Source of the DNA: Styela clava
Lineage: Eukaryota
Assembly: GCF_964204865.1 (NCBI RefSeq)
Contig: NC_135256.1
Location: 13,206,001 to 13,270,000 of the forward strand
Direction: 5' to 3'
Length of the DNA: 64,000 nt
This document shows, one piece after another, positions 15,412-30,196 of this stretch. The notes beneath the pieces are model-generated. The model saw only the letters and a program-made list of their open reading frames with translations, did no database searches and had not been told where the DNA came from. The number at the start of each line of letters is the position of its first letter. Position 1 is the stretch's first letter. The position numbers and the translations under genes are program-made.

Positions 15412-18400
15412 TTCGATGCGTTAAACGTGAGTGACCTAGACTGGTCTGTCGACACATACAGTATTTCTCTTGTAAGCTGTGCAAACGCCATATCAATAGT
15501 AATTCTCTTGTAATGTTGGTGTCATTTGTTCAATCAAACTAGCTTTCACAATCCAAGTAAGAACTTACGTATACAAGTTATGTAGTAAACTTAATGATTT
15601 CCATTCTTTCAAAAAGATTCAACCCGTTATTAAACAGTGGTTGCTTGTCCTGAGCCTCATTTCGAGCGAAAGTGTGAAGTATGATACATCTCTATAAAAG
15701 TTAATTCAAATATTCTCATATGCACTCACAGAAGAAGCTCTCCTACTCGCTGAAGTGAGATTAGAAAATCTATAATAGGAATTACTTGGTACTTGGCAGT
15801 CATATACGTCAGTTCATTAAACTCGAGATTCTAAATTTCAGTTGGATTTGGTTTCGCGGTAACTAAATCACTAAATTGCTGTGGCCGATTCATAGTTGTT
15901 AGGCTGCAATTTTATCCTATCGAAAACGATTTCAGGCCTGTAAACTATTTATTTGTTTGGTAAGTTCAAAAACTACAGATCGTGACTATATGTATAGTTT
16001 GCCCGCAGAACAAGACAGTGCGCAAGTAATTTGCACATCTCAATCTGAAGAAAGTTCAAATAAAATCTTTACCTATGTGTGTCTTCCATATCAACGAAAA
16101 CATGCACAATTCGTGAAACCATGTTATGATCATACTCGGCCTTGAATAAATCAATATTTCTCGTAGGACATCCATAATCACCATATGATACCACCAAAGG
16201 GTGTGCGTCTTCTATTGTTGTAAATTCTGCGGGAAACCATTACTTAAAAACAGTGATTACCAAAATAAGCTTAGTGTTTATTTTCAGCGATATAGCAATA
16301 ACATTATATTCTGGAATAATTTATTTTTATTTCTTATTTACACATATATACGCAAGTTCTTTACGTCATCAGAGTTTTATAATCGCGAAAATAAAAACAA
16401 ATATTGTTAAATGAAAATAACTTTGAAAGCCAATCTTAATATTATCATGGAGGTGGTGTATTCATCAATATAAAACGCCTCAGAACCAATATTATAAAAG
16501 GTGCTTTTTACAAACGGCAATTTCTTTTCATTTTAAATCAAGAACCGCTGAATACAAGAATATAAAGCTTTGCACATACTGACAGGAGGTGTCAAGAGCA
16601 TCATAAAATAATCTGCAATGAGGAACGCGCTTTTACAACAGTCGATATCTGATATTTATGCTATCTTTCCATACATTTCAAGCTCATCCAGTGTTTTATG
16701 GTGTATTTCACCAACGATAACAAAGCGATGATGTAACCTCTATAAATATGGAAGGTTTTCTTTGTCGACTCGAAGGCGGGTCTGAGTCTGGGCATCGAGT
16801 ACACAAAGAACTTGGTTTTGCTTATGTGATAGAGTAAGAGAAAATTTATTGCGCAACGTTTCGATATGCCGGACAGTTCTGCAAAGATTTTATTGACTGA
16901 GTTTGGGAGTGGGCGTCATTGCGTTTTTGATCTATATACGACACGCTCAAAATCAGTGACTGAAATAATAATATACTTGAATATACATGCTGGATATAAA
17001 AATAACTCAAATTAGGATAAACGGTCTGGTGTTTGTGCATCGTGTAACGTCAAAATTCAATAAAGAGAACTTGAATGTTGTTTTTCAGATCATGGTATTA
17101 TATAGAGACAGCTGAGTACTTAATACGATAACAATTTTCGGGATCATTATCCATGGTAGCCTGGAAAGTTCAAATTATTCAAAACGGTATGTTATAATTT
17201 GAAATGTAAATAAAAATTATGCGCTTTCTGGTATCCCTTATTATTAATCCTAACGGGTTGCTATGGATCAAATGGCGATAATGAAATCAGCATTGCACGG
17301 AGATATCTTAAGCGCTGTATTCTTCTTTACTCAGCCGAATGTTCTTACACAATCGCCAATTTTTAAATATCTTCGTCTATTTTAAGATCACAAAATTACC
17401 TCGAGTGATGCTAAATATAAATTTACGGTCGTTCGCATAGTCATTAAGTGCTTACAGACTGAATGCTCTCGTGGACTTGTCGAAACCAGCCTTATACCCG
17501 CTGGGAACATATTATAATAGAAGTAAATCTAGCATAATTATACTTCTATCACATGATGGAATAGCCAAAAATCTATTCGTCAAAAATAGGGCTTTTGTGA
17601 TTTTATGATATACCCAGGATATTATTTGCCAGATAGACTAAAAAATCTTTATATTCCTATTTCTTCATTAAGTTGGTACATATTGGGGATAATGTCAAAT
17701 AAAGGATATCAAACGCATTAAATTCATTAATTCAATTAATTTAAAAATATATACAAAAATCAATTTACATAATATAAGCACATTGGACATGCATAAAGCA
17801 GCGTAAAATGGCCCGATTCGTGCGTTGAGGCTTGGCTTACATAATACTTTGAAAGCATTTTGATAATTTTGATGAGATAGATGTACGATGGACCTAACTA
17901 TGTTTTCGTTTGCTAAAATCACCTTTCAATCTCCCACGCCCACCACCCGCGCGTATCAGTTACGTAACTGCTCGTCTACAGCTCGTTGCTGAGAGAAGGT
18001 GCGAAAGAAATTTATTTCCTCCAAATTGTGAAATTCGTAAGTTTGCGGAAAGCACATGAAACACAAGAAAATAAGGTTAGGAATATGGGAATTGCAAACC
18101 GCATTTTGCGCAGGCGTAAGAAATATTTTGTGCACTATCATGTGCGCTGTTCGTCAGCGTTTCGCCAATCTATCTCGAGATTGCGTCGATTTCATCGCGA
18201 AATCGTTACGTCGGAAACAATTAATCGATCCGTGATCTTCGCACCTGACGCAAATACATTTCCACAATTTTGAAACTGTTTTGACGCCTCAGTTTTCTAA
18301 TAATCATGCTTGACAGAATTCAAATGTAGATAAAATCAGTAATTTGCAGCAGATGTAACTGACATCCAGGTCTGTGATAGATTTCTAAGCGCGGTGTCCT

Positions 18401-21400
18401 GCTGAGAGAAAGTAGTTCAATTTCAAAAGCATTTTGAATTAATTGGTGCCATTTTGTTCAATAGTATTGGCTCGAAATGTTGCATACTAGTTATGTTGTC
18501 GTTACATAATTTAAAACCCGTTTAATTAGAATAATCCGCTAATTGATAGGTTTCTAACAAGCACGTTTTCGTTCTCCTTGACGCGTCACCTTGTCGGTAT
18601 CGAAAAAACGGGTTATTTGGCAACCCAAATGTCGCAGCTATGTTTTGTTTTTGAATTTACGAATGTACAAAGCTGCACTTCGTACTTTGGTTTTACCATT
18701 ACATAGCATTACTGACAGAATACCTTGAATACAGTAAATATATATGTTGAAAATGCAATTGTCACACCAAACCATGCCAAAGACTCCATGCGTATCTTGG
18801 ATCTTGTGGTGGAATATAGCCAAGCAATTAACGAAACAGTGACGTAACAATTAAACTCAATTCGACGTCATAATACAAGTGTGACACTACCCTCCCATTT
18901 GTGGCAGGCTAGTCTTCCAAATATTTGGTCATGAAATGAGTGATCTTGTCTATTCGCACTGCTTTTGTTATATGAACTGGGTAAATATATTCCTATGTAC
19001 TAAAATATTCGCCTGTCAGCATTGCTATTACTTGGCAGGGTATCGCAAAAGACTCCGTAGAGGAATTCAAAGTCTAACCAGATTTATCGTCATATTCACC
19101 ACGCTGATGCACGGGCATGGTACAGAGAATTCATTACAAATGAAAACCTCAATTTCTACTTCATTAGGTAGTAATTACCTACTTAATTTTGTGGTTAAAT
19201 TGTCAAAATGAGAGCCATAGTAAAAAATGAAGTCCTTTGTAATATCTCTTTCAAAACAACAGAAGGATTGCCTGTGTCAGGTACATGGTTCGCCAAAATA
19301 AAAGTATCGGTTTTAGAATACGAGAGAAAGTGGAAATTAGAACTTGAGTTTCTGCATAACATATATAATTACTGGTGATAAATTGTAAGAGCTGCCAAAT
19401 GAAAGTACTTTGGTTATTAGCATTTCCACGCGACAATGGGCGTGAGGAAGTTCAGAGTTGCGCATTTAGTAATTTCGAAACAGATAACAGAACATTCTAG
19501 TGGCTAACATAATAGCATATCGTTTTATAAAAAAACAAAAAATCAAAACAGAAATATTACTATTATGGGTAGCGAGGACTGCATGGCGAAACAGTAATGC
19601 CAAATCATAAACTGACGAAAGCAGTTGGCGAAATTAAAATCATAACCGGCATTGATTGGTGGACTTATGGAACGTTGTTACATGGCCTTAAATCATAGAT
19701 ATGTAATTTAATGATACTGCTGAACGTTCAATGAGAATTAGAAAAGCGATACAGACGCATTTTAAGAACAATCATCGCAATTATTTCACAAAAGAACCAT
19801 TATTTAATTTTTGTTTCACTCCGTTTTACAACTTGACCAATGTTTAAAATCGTTTGGTTTTCATACCGATGATATATAAGCGTCCATAAAGTCCTGAAAT
19901 TTTTTAAAATCGCAAAGGGAATTTATCGATACCATATATTGTTTCGGCCCTCACAGATGTATTAAATGAAGTAAGAATACTCACAAAATTACTGATCAAA
20001 AAAACAACAAACCTGGTTGAAATATATTGAGAACTAACTTCATAACAAAATTGAAATTGTAAAGGGACTTTATGGACACTCTGTATATATATGTTCAGTA
20101 CGTGCCTTTATGAAGGAATAAAACTGGTCATCCGTAAATCTGTCATTGTCAGTGTCACACCTTTTTTTAAATGAGCGACATTAACGAGATCTCCGTAACC
20201 CAAGCCATAAATATTTATCTTACCTTCCAACACGCGCCAACATATTAACCCGAGGTCAAGTCGTCTGACATACGAGAACTTCCAACGACGCGTTTCTGCA
20301 GACAACGAGAAATTTGTAAGTGATCAGGTAAAAGAATAAGGGATGCACCGAAAAGTTTTGTTTCGGGAAGCCACTTTATTTAGTATCAAGTGTCGTCATC
20401 TTTATGTAATTCAGGGCAATAGGTATGTTAGAGTAGAAGGTATTACGCCTGCATCGATAGGTTATATTGTTAAGTAATTTAAGAAGACACGTATAGTTTC
20501 TAGTTTGGTATTCAGATATTGTAGATTGCTTCAAATATTGTTATGGGAAACCAATTTGCATGTAATTTGCATGCTTATTTATATATAAAATCACTATCAC
20601 TATCACTGGCATATACATATTGATAGGAATAAATGATTATTCTGTTGTATCAATAAGAAAGCTATAATTATTTATTATCTATACTTATAAATGTTTGGTC
20701 AATGAATTACCAGTGGAGAATGTCCCAATCTGCATGTGATAATGAAAGGTCACCTTTTGACGTGTCCGTGACACTAAGATTTTATCTTTCATATAGAGAG
20801 TAGAATTATTCCCCTCCTGTTTATTGTTTTAAAAATTAATCTCTATTGAACGAGGATCATTTTTATTAGAAATTTGACAACCAGCCTTACAGGAACTGCT
20901 TCAAGTCAGATACAAGTACTTTGATAACATATTTTATTTCTTTAATTTTACTTCAATTTCGTCTAACATTTACCGCAGATATCTATCTACACTCTAAATT
21001 CACGAACCCAGTCCGAGATTGACATTTTTATTTTAAATTGAGGTCACAAAGTACGATTCATCTTATTATTTCGCCCTTTGAAACAAAAATAGAAAAATCT
21101 TACCCCATTACATTGACATTTTGTTAAATTGCTCCAATAAAATTAAGTTTGGCAGACCACATGATGATTTTAGGAATGAGTTAGCAATCTAGTATAACTT
21201 ATGTACGCATATGACTCCGCCGAGCAAATTGTCTTTCATATTTGATATTTTTTTATGTAGAGAGCAAAAAGGCCTTTAATGAGACCTTTTTCCTCGAAAG
21301 AATAGATTTGTGTAAATTACATTACGTAAACGAAAAAACTTCTTTCGAATAAAATCCCAATATGCATTTATTTTCCGATTGAACGGTTATGAAAAAAAAG

Positions 21401-24215
21401 TTCACGCGAATATATGAACAGCGAGAAGCGACCCTCGACAGTAATTCACGTCTACCTCAGAAGATACCGGGAAATGTTTCACGTTTACAAACCGGGTATT
21501 TTTTTTTGCCAAATTCCCCATATTCGTACCCGTCGGACAGCGGCGTTCAATAGAATGTTATTAGTCGACTTTCAGGAACAAGTTATTTCCGTCCAAAGAT
21601 TTAACAAAATATTTTTGATTGCAAATTGGCACATTCCGCTTGAAAACTCGTAGTCAGCTGCTGGTTCGGTTTATGAATTTGTATTTCGCGTTATGATACT
21701 TCAGGTTGTGCGATATCTATTACGCTCAATGTAATGAAGGTTGGTTAATGTGACATATTTGACAAAACCGGTCCGGATATTGCAAAATCTTTATTTGAAA
21801 TAACATGGCGATCGTTTTCATACATGAAAAAGTATCAAAATAATCGTACCACGATTATTATGATACGAATCAGGTTTTAGGATTTTTTTTATGCTCTCTT
21901 GACCCGTGCTAATTTTGATTACCAGATTGATTTGCGTTCCAGCAAGATCGATAAATTGGTCGAAGCATATTGCACGTACAGTATACACAAAGCGGCAGAC
22001 TTTTTTGCTGTATCAATAGTATAGTTAATGTTAGAACGGACAAGTGACCGATTAATAGCACCAGAAACGTGTCAGATTGAGACGCTCGTTCGAGTTTCGT
22101 GCATATTGTCATTCGTCAGTTATATCAGGATATCCCCGAGTTTGTGATGCTCACTTGCTAACAAATCCGATAACCATTTATTACGCAATATTTATTTCGC
22201 AACAGTTAGGTTGTGAAATACAAGTGAAACGTGTCATTTACATACCTTCGAGTCGTAACATATTTCGTTCATTTTTACATGGTACATAAAATTTTTCATT
22301 TCGTTAGCCATGCTTGCTTTTCGTCATATACCTAATATAGAATAATTTGCTATTGGAATATTCGATATAGTCAATCATCAATCAATCATGTCAAATTGGT
22401 ATTTTGACATAAATCAAAACAACACAAAAAGTAGACAGACAAAAAAAATTTAGAGATATCTGGAGAAGTCAGAGAATAGTAGTTAATTTCCCTAGGGGTT
22501 GAAACGCTTTCGACAATTCATATGCGACAAATTGTCTTGGTTAAACTGGTAAGACGCGTTTCTATATAGCAAGTTGCCATATCATTTCCACAAGGTAATT
22601 GTCGCGAAGGACAATCTGAGTTTCGTGAATACCTTTTCGCACTTGTCAAGAGGTCAAGTGATAATGGGCAGCGCAAGTACGACAAATTTTGGGAGCGATT
22701 TATTTTAACATTCAACTTAGTGCAGTCTATGGTACTGGTAGCTATAAAATATGTATACTTTGACGAACGATAATATTAGCTCAATCTGATTGGTATGGAG
22801 CCTTATTTAAAATGAAAAAGTATTTATAATAGAGTAATCGTTGTAGATTTGATTAGATGCAGGCGTAGTAATGGAAGACAATTAGTTGTGATGCCCAGCA
22901 GGTATTAGTTTAGTACAAATGGAGCATCATTTAACCTTCAAAATATTGAATAAAGTTGCTATATAAGGGTAGAGAACATGCAGTACAATTTGTATAATTA
23001 ATAGAAAACATAAGGTACAAGAGAGTACTCTAGTCATGCAATTATTTCTCTTTGATCTATTATTGCGTTAATGTACCAGATTGACAACGAACACCGGTAG
23101 CACTAATCGATACACCACGACGCACTCCCGCGTGTATAATTTATATCTTTTTTGTCGTCATAAATATATTCTTGGTGTAGAAAGAGGATTGAACTATCTC
23201 AGTCCAAACAACCAACCCTGATCGGCTACTCGACGAAGCTGGTGCGATGAACATAAAGAATTACTGCTGATAATGGTGTATCGATTTCACAACTCCCTTT
23301 TGAATTGTTATGACCGAGTCGTTAAACCGGTTTCGACCGTCTTTTCGGCTTGTGTCTCCGTTCAGCTGTTTAGGAATTGCGCAACCGCGATTTCGTAATA
23401 TATAGTTCACACCCTCACGACTATTGAGACAAGCTTTCGCAACAACCTGTATAGCAACAGCGCTAGGATGATGTTCGAAGATTTAATGTTAGCCAAACGT
23501 CTTATAAAATCCGAAAAAACAAAAACTAAGCTATCAAGTCTTTTAGTTTTTGCTATAATGACCGCAGAGATATGAAATAAATTTTCCCGGCTGTAGATTT
23601 CGTATGGCACAACCAAAGCATATTTTTGAATATAATACAACGGTTATTCACGCCATAAAGCTTCATCAATATTTCGATTGCGATCGGTGGTGTGTTCGTT
23701 ATTGCGAAAGCCACATCGATCTTGCGCTCACGTTTTATTAAAGAAAGAAACCAATGCGCCTCGTGTCTGTTTCTTTATCTCACTGCGAGCCGTTTTCTCT
23801 CGCTTCTCTGTGACATCACAATATTTCGCAACAAAGTCAGCTGGGACGAAACCATTTCAGGTGGTATTTTACGTGTCTAAAAACGTCTACTCGGCCTGTA
23901 TGAGACATACGAATTATAGAAAGAGAATAAAAGAGCGAGCCACAGCTGTTTTGTGTGGCACTGCAAATTATTACCCCTCTCACTAATAATATTGGTTTCG
24001 CCCGCATCGGCAACCTTGTTTTTTATGCGGCTGGCTGAGTTGGGTTCCATCTCCGAGGTATGCGCAGCGCGATTTAAAACAGCTTGCAGTCAGCCGGTGT
24101 AATTATTTCAATCGTACCATGCTATACGAGAGGTTCTACAAGCAAGTTAAATTTTATAATTGAAACGTTCGTTTCAGAAGGCTGTCTCATTTATTAGTGA
24201 TAAATATCGAAACAG

Positions 24216-26050
24216 ATGGCACCTTTGAATAACTGCAGTGCAACTCCGCTCATCGGCAAAATCAGCAAAGTCGAAGGAGCAATGTCAGTAACCGTTGCCA
24301 AAGCTTCACAAGTCTGCGAAAGTTCCTCAGAAGAAATTGGCAGTAAAATGCTTGATCTCAATCATAATGAAGTGAAGGATGAATGTTCATTAAAACCTTG
24401 CGTAGAAGAAGAAAAACCTGCGCCAAAACGACCAAGCCTGCAAGATATCAAGGCAAGGACGAGGCGAATGATTTTCAATATGTTCAATAAACACTTGAAC
24501 ACTAATCTCAACGTCTTAGTGATTGGACAACGCGGAGCAGGTACGATGCTAACTAGATTGTTTCAGATCTATTATAATATATCCATACCGTGTGCGGCGT
24601 GTTAACTAACAATATATTTTTGTCGTTTCAGGAAAAACATCGCTCATAAATTCAATGTCCATGGCATTAACACAGAAATGGTCCGACAAAGCCAAATATT
24701 GTCCTGGTCGAAACCACGTAATCGACGAGTGTGTGTTACACAAGAATGAATCTGGAGGGAAAGTGGTTTTCGCTGATACAAGGGGGTTTGAAGATATTCA
24801 CGAAACCGATCATGCAGTACTTATTCTCAGATATGTTTTTGAAGGAAGAATTCCGGCCAAATGCATACCCTGTGTGCTGCTCATGAACAAAGAACTTATA
24901 AAAAAGCGATATCACAAATCATATGAACCACATAGAAAAATCGACTGTGTTCTTTTCGTATCAGCAGTGGATGAACAACCTGCCACAAGACTGATGTCTA
25001 TCGTGCAACAGGCGATCTCAACATCGAAACATTCATCAGTAAATAGTGAGTATTTTATTCAGCTTCTCGCCTAAATTTTAAATGATTTCGCGAAACTATG
25101 TACTTATTTCGTGACACCCGGTTGCGACTTTGTTTTTGACATAAAATCTCGGGAATGTAATTTTATGATGGTGGTTGAACGAAATAAATGCACCTACAAT
25201 TACTTAGATGAAAGCGGCTCATAGTCAATTCTTTTGAATTTTTTGTGTAGTTTCACGTTGACATAGCCAAGCCATTGGGCTTGTGGTTAGGAGAGTATGG
25301 CTGTCCCTGTGAAATACTCTTTGTCGAGCCCATCTGATGAACAACGAGAGAGTCTTTCGAGCCCAAGCGACCGTGTCGGCCGCATTCGCCGGTTGCTTCT
25401 CTCTTCTTATCGAACGTTACTTGTTTACGAAGCCGAGGGTTTCATTTTTTCTTATGCGCAACCGCGTTTCTCTCTTTTTATAAATATGCTAAGTTGTTTA
25501 CGAACTTTTGCCATCACGCGGCAATGTGCCGATGCGGCATTCCGCAACCTCGCGCGAGTTCGATCTTGCTTTGTTGAATTGTTATTTGGGCTAATGGTAA
25601 TCGATCAACGCAAACTAAATGTATTATTTTTTCTTTTTAGAAATTCCAATTGTTTCTGTAACAACGAAGTCAGATGTATTGAGTGAAGAAGACTCCAGCG
25701 TATTGGAAAAGTCTCGAGGTATCTATCAATACAGCTTGGAACATTCATTCCCAGCGAGGGATCCTGAGCGTGGTTTTATGGAGCATACACCCAGAAAAGT
25801 CGTAAATTATTTTTGTGAACTAGAGCCATTCAGCGATGAATCTGCTAATCCATCATCTGTTGAACCATCATTGGAAAAGGACACTCAACTTCTAGCGGTC
25901 TGGAGGGACATTATAGCGCGTACCACGGCGTGTGGTGGTGGCGACAAGAGAAAACGGGCTTATTCTACGCCCTCTTCATCACGAGGCCAAATGTGTAGTT
26001 GTTTGCCGTTTAAATTTGATTACATGCGACTTAGGAGCGGCTCTTTCTGA
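24216..26050 (+). CDS. IFI44/IFI44L-like P-loop GTPase, 3 coding exons (24216-24540, 24632-25045, 25641-26050)
   Basis: Phase-compatible GT-AG introns (24541-24631, 25046-25640) join three ORF-track frames. Splicing creates a Walker A motif split by intron 1 (LVIGQRGAG|KTSLINS). Also present: VFADTRG, KIDCVLFV, IPIVSVTTKSD and VVNYFCE, in the motif order of the IFI44 GTPase domain. Probable 5'UTR intron 24058-24177; AATAAA at 26892. Confidence 0.75.
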
Positions 26051-27413
26051 CTAGCACGCCCCAGTCAGAAACGAAAAAGACTTGTAAATGGAAATAACAA
26101 TGAATGATCTTGTTGAAGAATATTGATTTTATGTGTATATTGTAGTGGGAACTACGTTGCGTTTAAACACTGTTAGCCGTGCTCGATGAAGCCTTTTATA
26201 CGAATTCTTTCGACGTGAGCATGTGACCAAGTAGGGTTCAACATGTACGACACTGATTTGTAGTTGACGCTGGATGTCTCTACGATATTTGCTGGTGCTC
26301 TTAGTTTTTTTTGCGATTTTATTAATTCATTTCATGCACTGTTTGTGGTTGCTTTCTTTTTAAGAGGCATCCTATAATTACTATCGCGTTGTGTGCGATA
26401 ACAACTCAATTTTAATTTTTAGATTTTTTTCAATCATATGCGTTCCAGAGTTCTATTTGACATGGTGGATATTCACCATTTTCAGTTTTGAAGCCCATCA
26501 TTGTCTTTTATTGAATGGTAGAACTCTGTCGACATAAGGTGTATTTTGGAGACCCCCTTTGCTGGGTGGTTCTTCGGATTTATATGAAGGTGTGTGTTCG
26601 TGGAGCCAATTGATTGTCATTTGACTAAGGTGGACGTTACGTTCGCGCCTTTTATGATAAATGTTATTTCTGACTGCTATTGCAAGTGATTGTGTAATTT
26701 CCGTTTTTGTTCCCCGCCGAGTTGAAAACTTTACTTGATAATGTTCTCAAGACTGCTTGTTTAAAAGCATTATTAGAAGTTGTCCGGTGGACGAGATATT
26801 TTGTGTTTTCCTGCATTTTATTCATTTTTGAGCAGTATTAGCAAATTCTTTTGTGACCATTTTACCATCAGATCGTTTTGTCTACTTTTTCAATAAATGA
26901 GATTTCCTTACATTTTCCATCTTTATTTACACCAATGTTGGTTTTAGTAGAAAACAGGTGTGAGGATGTTTTGTTGTCGATAAGAGCAAAGAAAAAAAAT
27001 GCCTCTGCGCTTGTCGGATGGGCAGCCTAGGCATGGAGTTTTAATTGTCAAAAATAGGTTGATCTGGTTGTTGTCACTTCATTTACAAGGTACACGAGCT
27101 CTCTGCAAAAGCATAACAGCGCATGAAGTCGTATATAAAGCTTATAGTCGTCAACTGTCCAATAGGTGTTACAACGATAACAAATTATTTTTTGGATGTA
27201 CGCGTGTTTACGGTATTTTTCATAGAAGTACAGTGGTGATTTATATATATTTCATACAACTGTATACATCCTGTCGTAGTCAAAAATCACGTGTTTGCGA
27301 ATCTTCCGGACAAGTGGCACACATCGCTCTTTAGCACCACCTAGCGATATTGTGCGAGAACAGTCTATCAAATGGCAAAAAAACGTTCATTTATACTGGC
27401 AATGCTCTTTGAA

Positions 27414-27525
27414 GGGTGCTCCTGAAGTATGTGCACCAAGATGTCGCATAACCTGAACCTTAACCTGGTACACATACTATGTTCAGGTTGTGCGCCATCT
27501 CAGTGCACATACATCAGGAGGTCCC
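27414..27525. repeat. ~110-bp foldback palindrome (small MITE-like)
   Basis: CCTGAAGTATGTGCACCAAGATGTCGCATAACCTGAAC pairs imperfectly with GTTCAGGTTGTGCGCCATCTCAGTGCACATACATCAGG. Confidence 0.7.
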
Positions 27526-27759
27526 GTTGAAGCAGGCTGGGGATCCGAAGCTGTACTCGAAGTCTGTAGCCGTGACATTTTGGTGGGGCTGTAGTCAATT
27601 TTACCGAATTCCCTCTCCCCGGATGAACATGCATATCCTATCCTTAGTTAGAATTGGTACTGTCAATACTATCTGCTACAAATATTATTCTAGCAAATGT
27701 CGAATATCCGAGTAACTGTACTGAGTTTGTACTGACCCTGCTGTCGTAGGGTTTTGGCA

Positions 27760-27857
27760 GACAACCGCGATGGCAAATGCTGACAAAATATACTGGTAAC
27801 AAACGAAGGGACAACCGCGATGGCAAATGCTGACAAAAGATACTGGTAACAAACGAA
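27760..27857. repeat. 50-bp tandem duplication, 2 copies
   Basis: GACAACCGCGATGGCAAATGCTGACAAAA(T/G)ATACTGGTAACAAACGAA at 27760 and 27810. Confidence 0.9.
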
Positions 27858-30196
27858 AGCTTTATTTTATTTTATCCGCTTTTGACTAATCCGACTAATT
27901 TGAAATAGTCTAGCTAGCGACCTCTAATCTAATACCACGAATCACAGACACGTGTGTGTCATTATATTTCAAGTCTTTATACACATTTGAATCGGTTTCA
28001 TATGGTACATTGATCGATTCTTGCATTATTGAGATAAATATTTGAATTCTCTAACAGCCGATGCTTAAGCCTTAAGATATTGTGCTATTTAGAACGAATC
28101 ATTACTGTGGCACCAACAAAGTCGATTTGACGTATTTTACATGCTGACTAATATTTAATAAAACGTCGTCGATAAAACGTTGTCGATAAAACGTCGAGAC
28201 GTGTTAAATGGGACTTGTCACAGGGCAAATGGCATGAATGTAATTCACTATAAAGTATTACATTTATATATAACGTTCCCAAAGGGGCGCGATTTGCTAA
28301 GTGAAATAATATATAAACAGAATTAATATATATATATATGATTGAATATTTTACTCGTTGTATTTTCAATTAATATTTTATTGTTATTTTAAATGCTGTG
28401 TATATGAATCAATAACTTCATTTTATCTTTGTACATAGTTTATTTGTTGTTACGCAGCGTGACGTGATAATGTTGTTCTTGTTACGTAACAATAAAGGTA
28501 GACACTACCTGTATATTATTGCATGTTGAACCGAGTTTGGCAAACAAGAGTGATTTGTTTAGTATTTCAAAAGAAAACCAGGCAGAGATGGGGAAAAAGA
28601 GTTGGCCCTTTGCCTTTATTCTTGAGGCCCACATGTTAACAAACGTTCAAACGCATAAAGTACACATTACCGATCACAAAATTGAGTTTTATTTAAAAGT
28701 GCGCCGTGGGGTTACCTTGATAACTTGGCGTCGTACGAACAAAAAGTTTGGGGCCAGTGAGTCATTATTATTTATTTACGGTTACGCAAATCGCATACGC
28801 CGTCTAGTGTGGAACTTGAAAGGTTCTCGAGCATCGCTCAAAGGTTGCAGCCAAAATCACTTTCTTGGTTTATTACCACAGTGTGGACCACATACACTGC
28901 GGTGACTGGGTGTAACTTGGTTGGTAATTGAAAAAAATCTGCCAAAAGTTTAGGTTAACGTAGATAAAGTGTACAAATAGTGGACATTCTGCTGTTCTGA
29001 ACAAAATTATACGGGAAGCACTTCAAAAAACAACAACTTTTATTCGAATTTTAATTGCTAGTCTATTTATTTTTGAATCAGCGATGACCATGTAGGCCTG
29101 TAGGGTTTCGTAAATATGGTATCATTGGCCTTGATTATAATCACTTTTCTTTAATTGATATACCTTTGGGAATATCTCCAATATAGCCCTCTAGTTACCA
29201 GTCAGTGTTTCTTAACCTGGGTTCGATCGACATCGAATCCCTGGGGTTGGCTGGAGCTGTTCCAGAGGTTCGATGGACGTCCTTCGAAATATGTATTTTC
29301 CGTAATACTAACCCTAAATTCACGTCAGATATCCAAACTTTCATGTTCATGTTTAAAAGTCGTAAATAGCCTAACTATAAGTTGTTTCGCGCAGATATAA
29401 GTATCCTTGAACCTGTCTGCGTGAGACACTTCATCGAAAACTCCCTGGATCGACGCGGACTTTCGTGTAATTTTGGGAAGAATAATGATATCGAAAGATC
29501 TTAATAAGCTGTTATTACAAACCTTGGTAATATTGGCGTATATATATAAGTATACATAAATGAGTATGAAATCAGGGCGCGTTTTAACTTAACTGAATTC
29601 CATCTGGGAACATTTCACATTTTTGGGAAAGATGTCTCTAAAAATACTTGGTATAATGATTATACACGGTGCCCCCAACCAGGTAGCCATTTTATATTTT
29701 ATATATAAGCCCAAAATCGAAACCTATGCCCAATACTACCGTAAAGATTCCATACTATATCAGTTATATATATACAACTTCATTAGAGAACCACTATTTC
29801 CTCCTAGGTAAGGGTCAATTGGCATAATTATGATGCGCGGTGGCACAAGTGACCCTAGACATATTACTTTTCTGTTATATTTTGTACGACTCATCAATTT
29901 GTTTGTCCAATGAATGTATGTGACAGAAAGATAGACTAACATATCAAACTTTATGTTGTTTGTCAATAAAATTTATTTCGAAATATCACATACAAACAAA
30001 GTTTCATTGACAGAATAGAACTATATAAAATAATATGATATAGAGTTGACAGATTTGCATGCTGTGCGAAATATGAAAATACAACACCAGCTGCTGAATG
30101 ATTACGAGAAGAATTGTCCATTTTGCAAGTAAAACTTTAAGAATAGTTTGAAAAAAAAACATCTGTTTAAATCGAAACTGTATTTTTAATATTGAG

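Noticed and set aside
1378-23986. Many 60-120 aa ORFs in the ORF track
   Set aside because: No recognisable motifs, many non-ATG starts, and composition typical of AT-rich non-coding DNA.
25265-25370. GAAA...GTC...CTGATGA as a type II hammerhead in intron 2 of the GTPase gene
   Set aside because: Stems I and III do not pair adequately; it looks more like a decayed SINE head. The overlapping ORF 25297-25686 is intronic.
27760-27857. CRISPR-like direct repeat
   Set aside because: Two abutting copies with no spacers, in a eukaryotic context; a simple tandem duplication.
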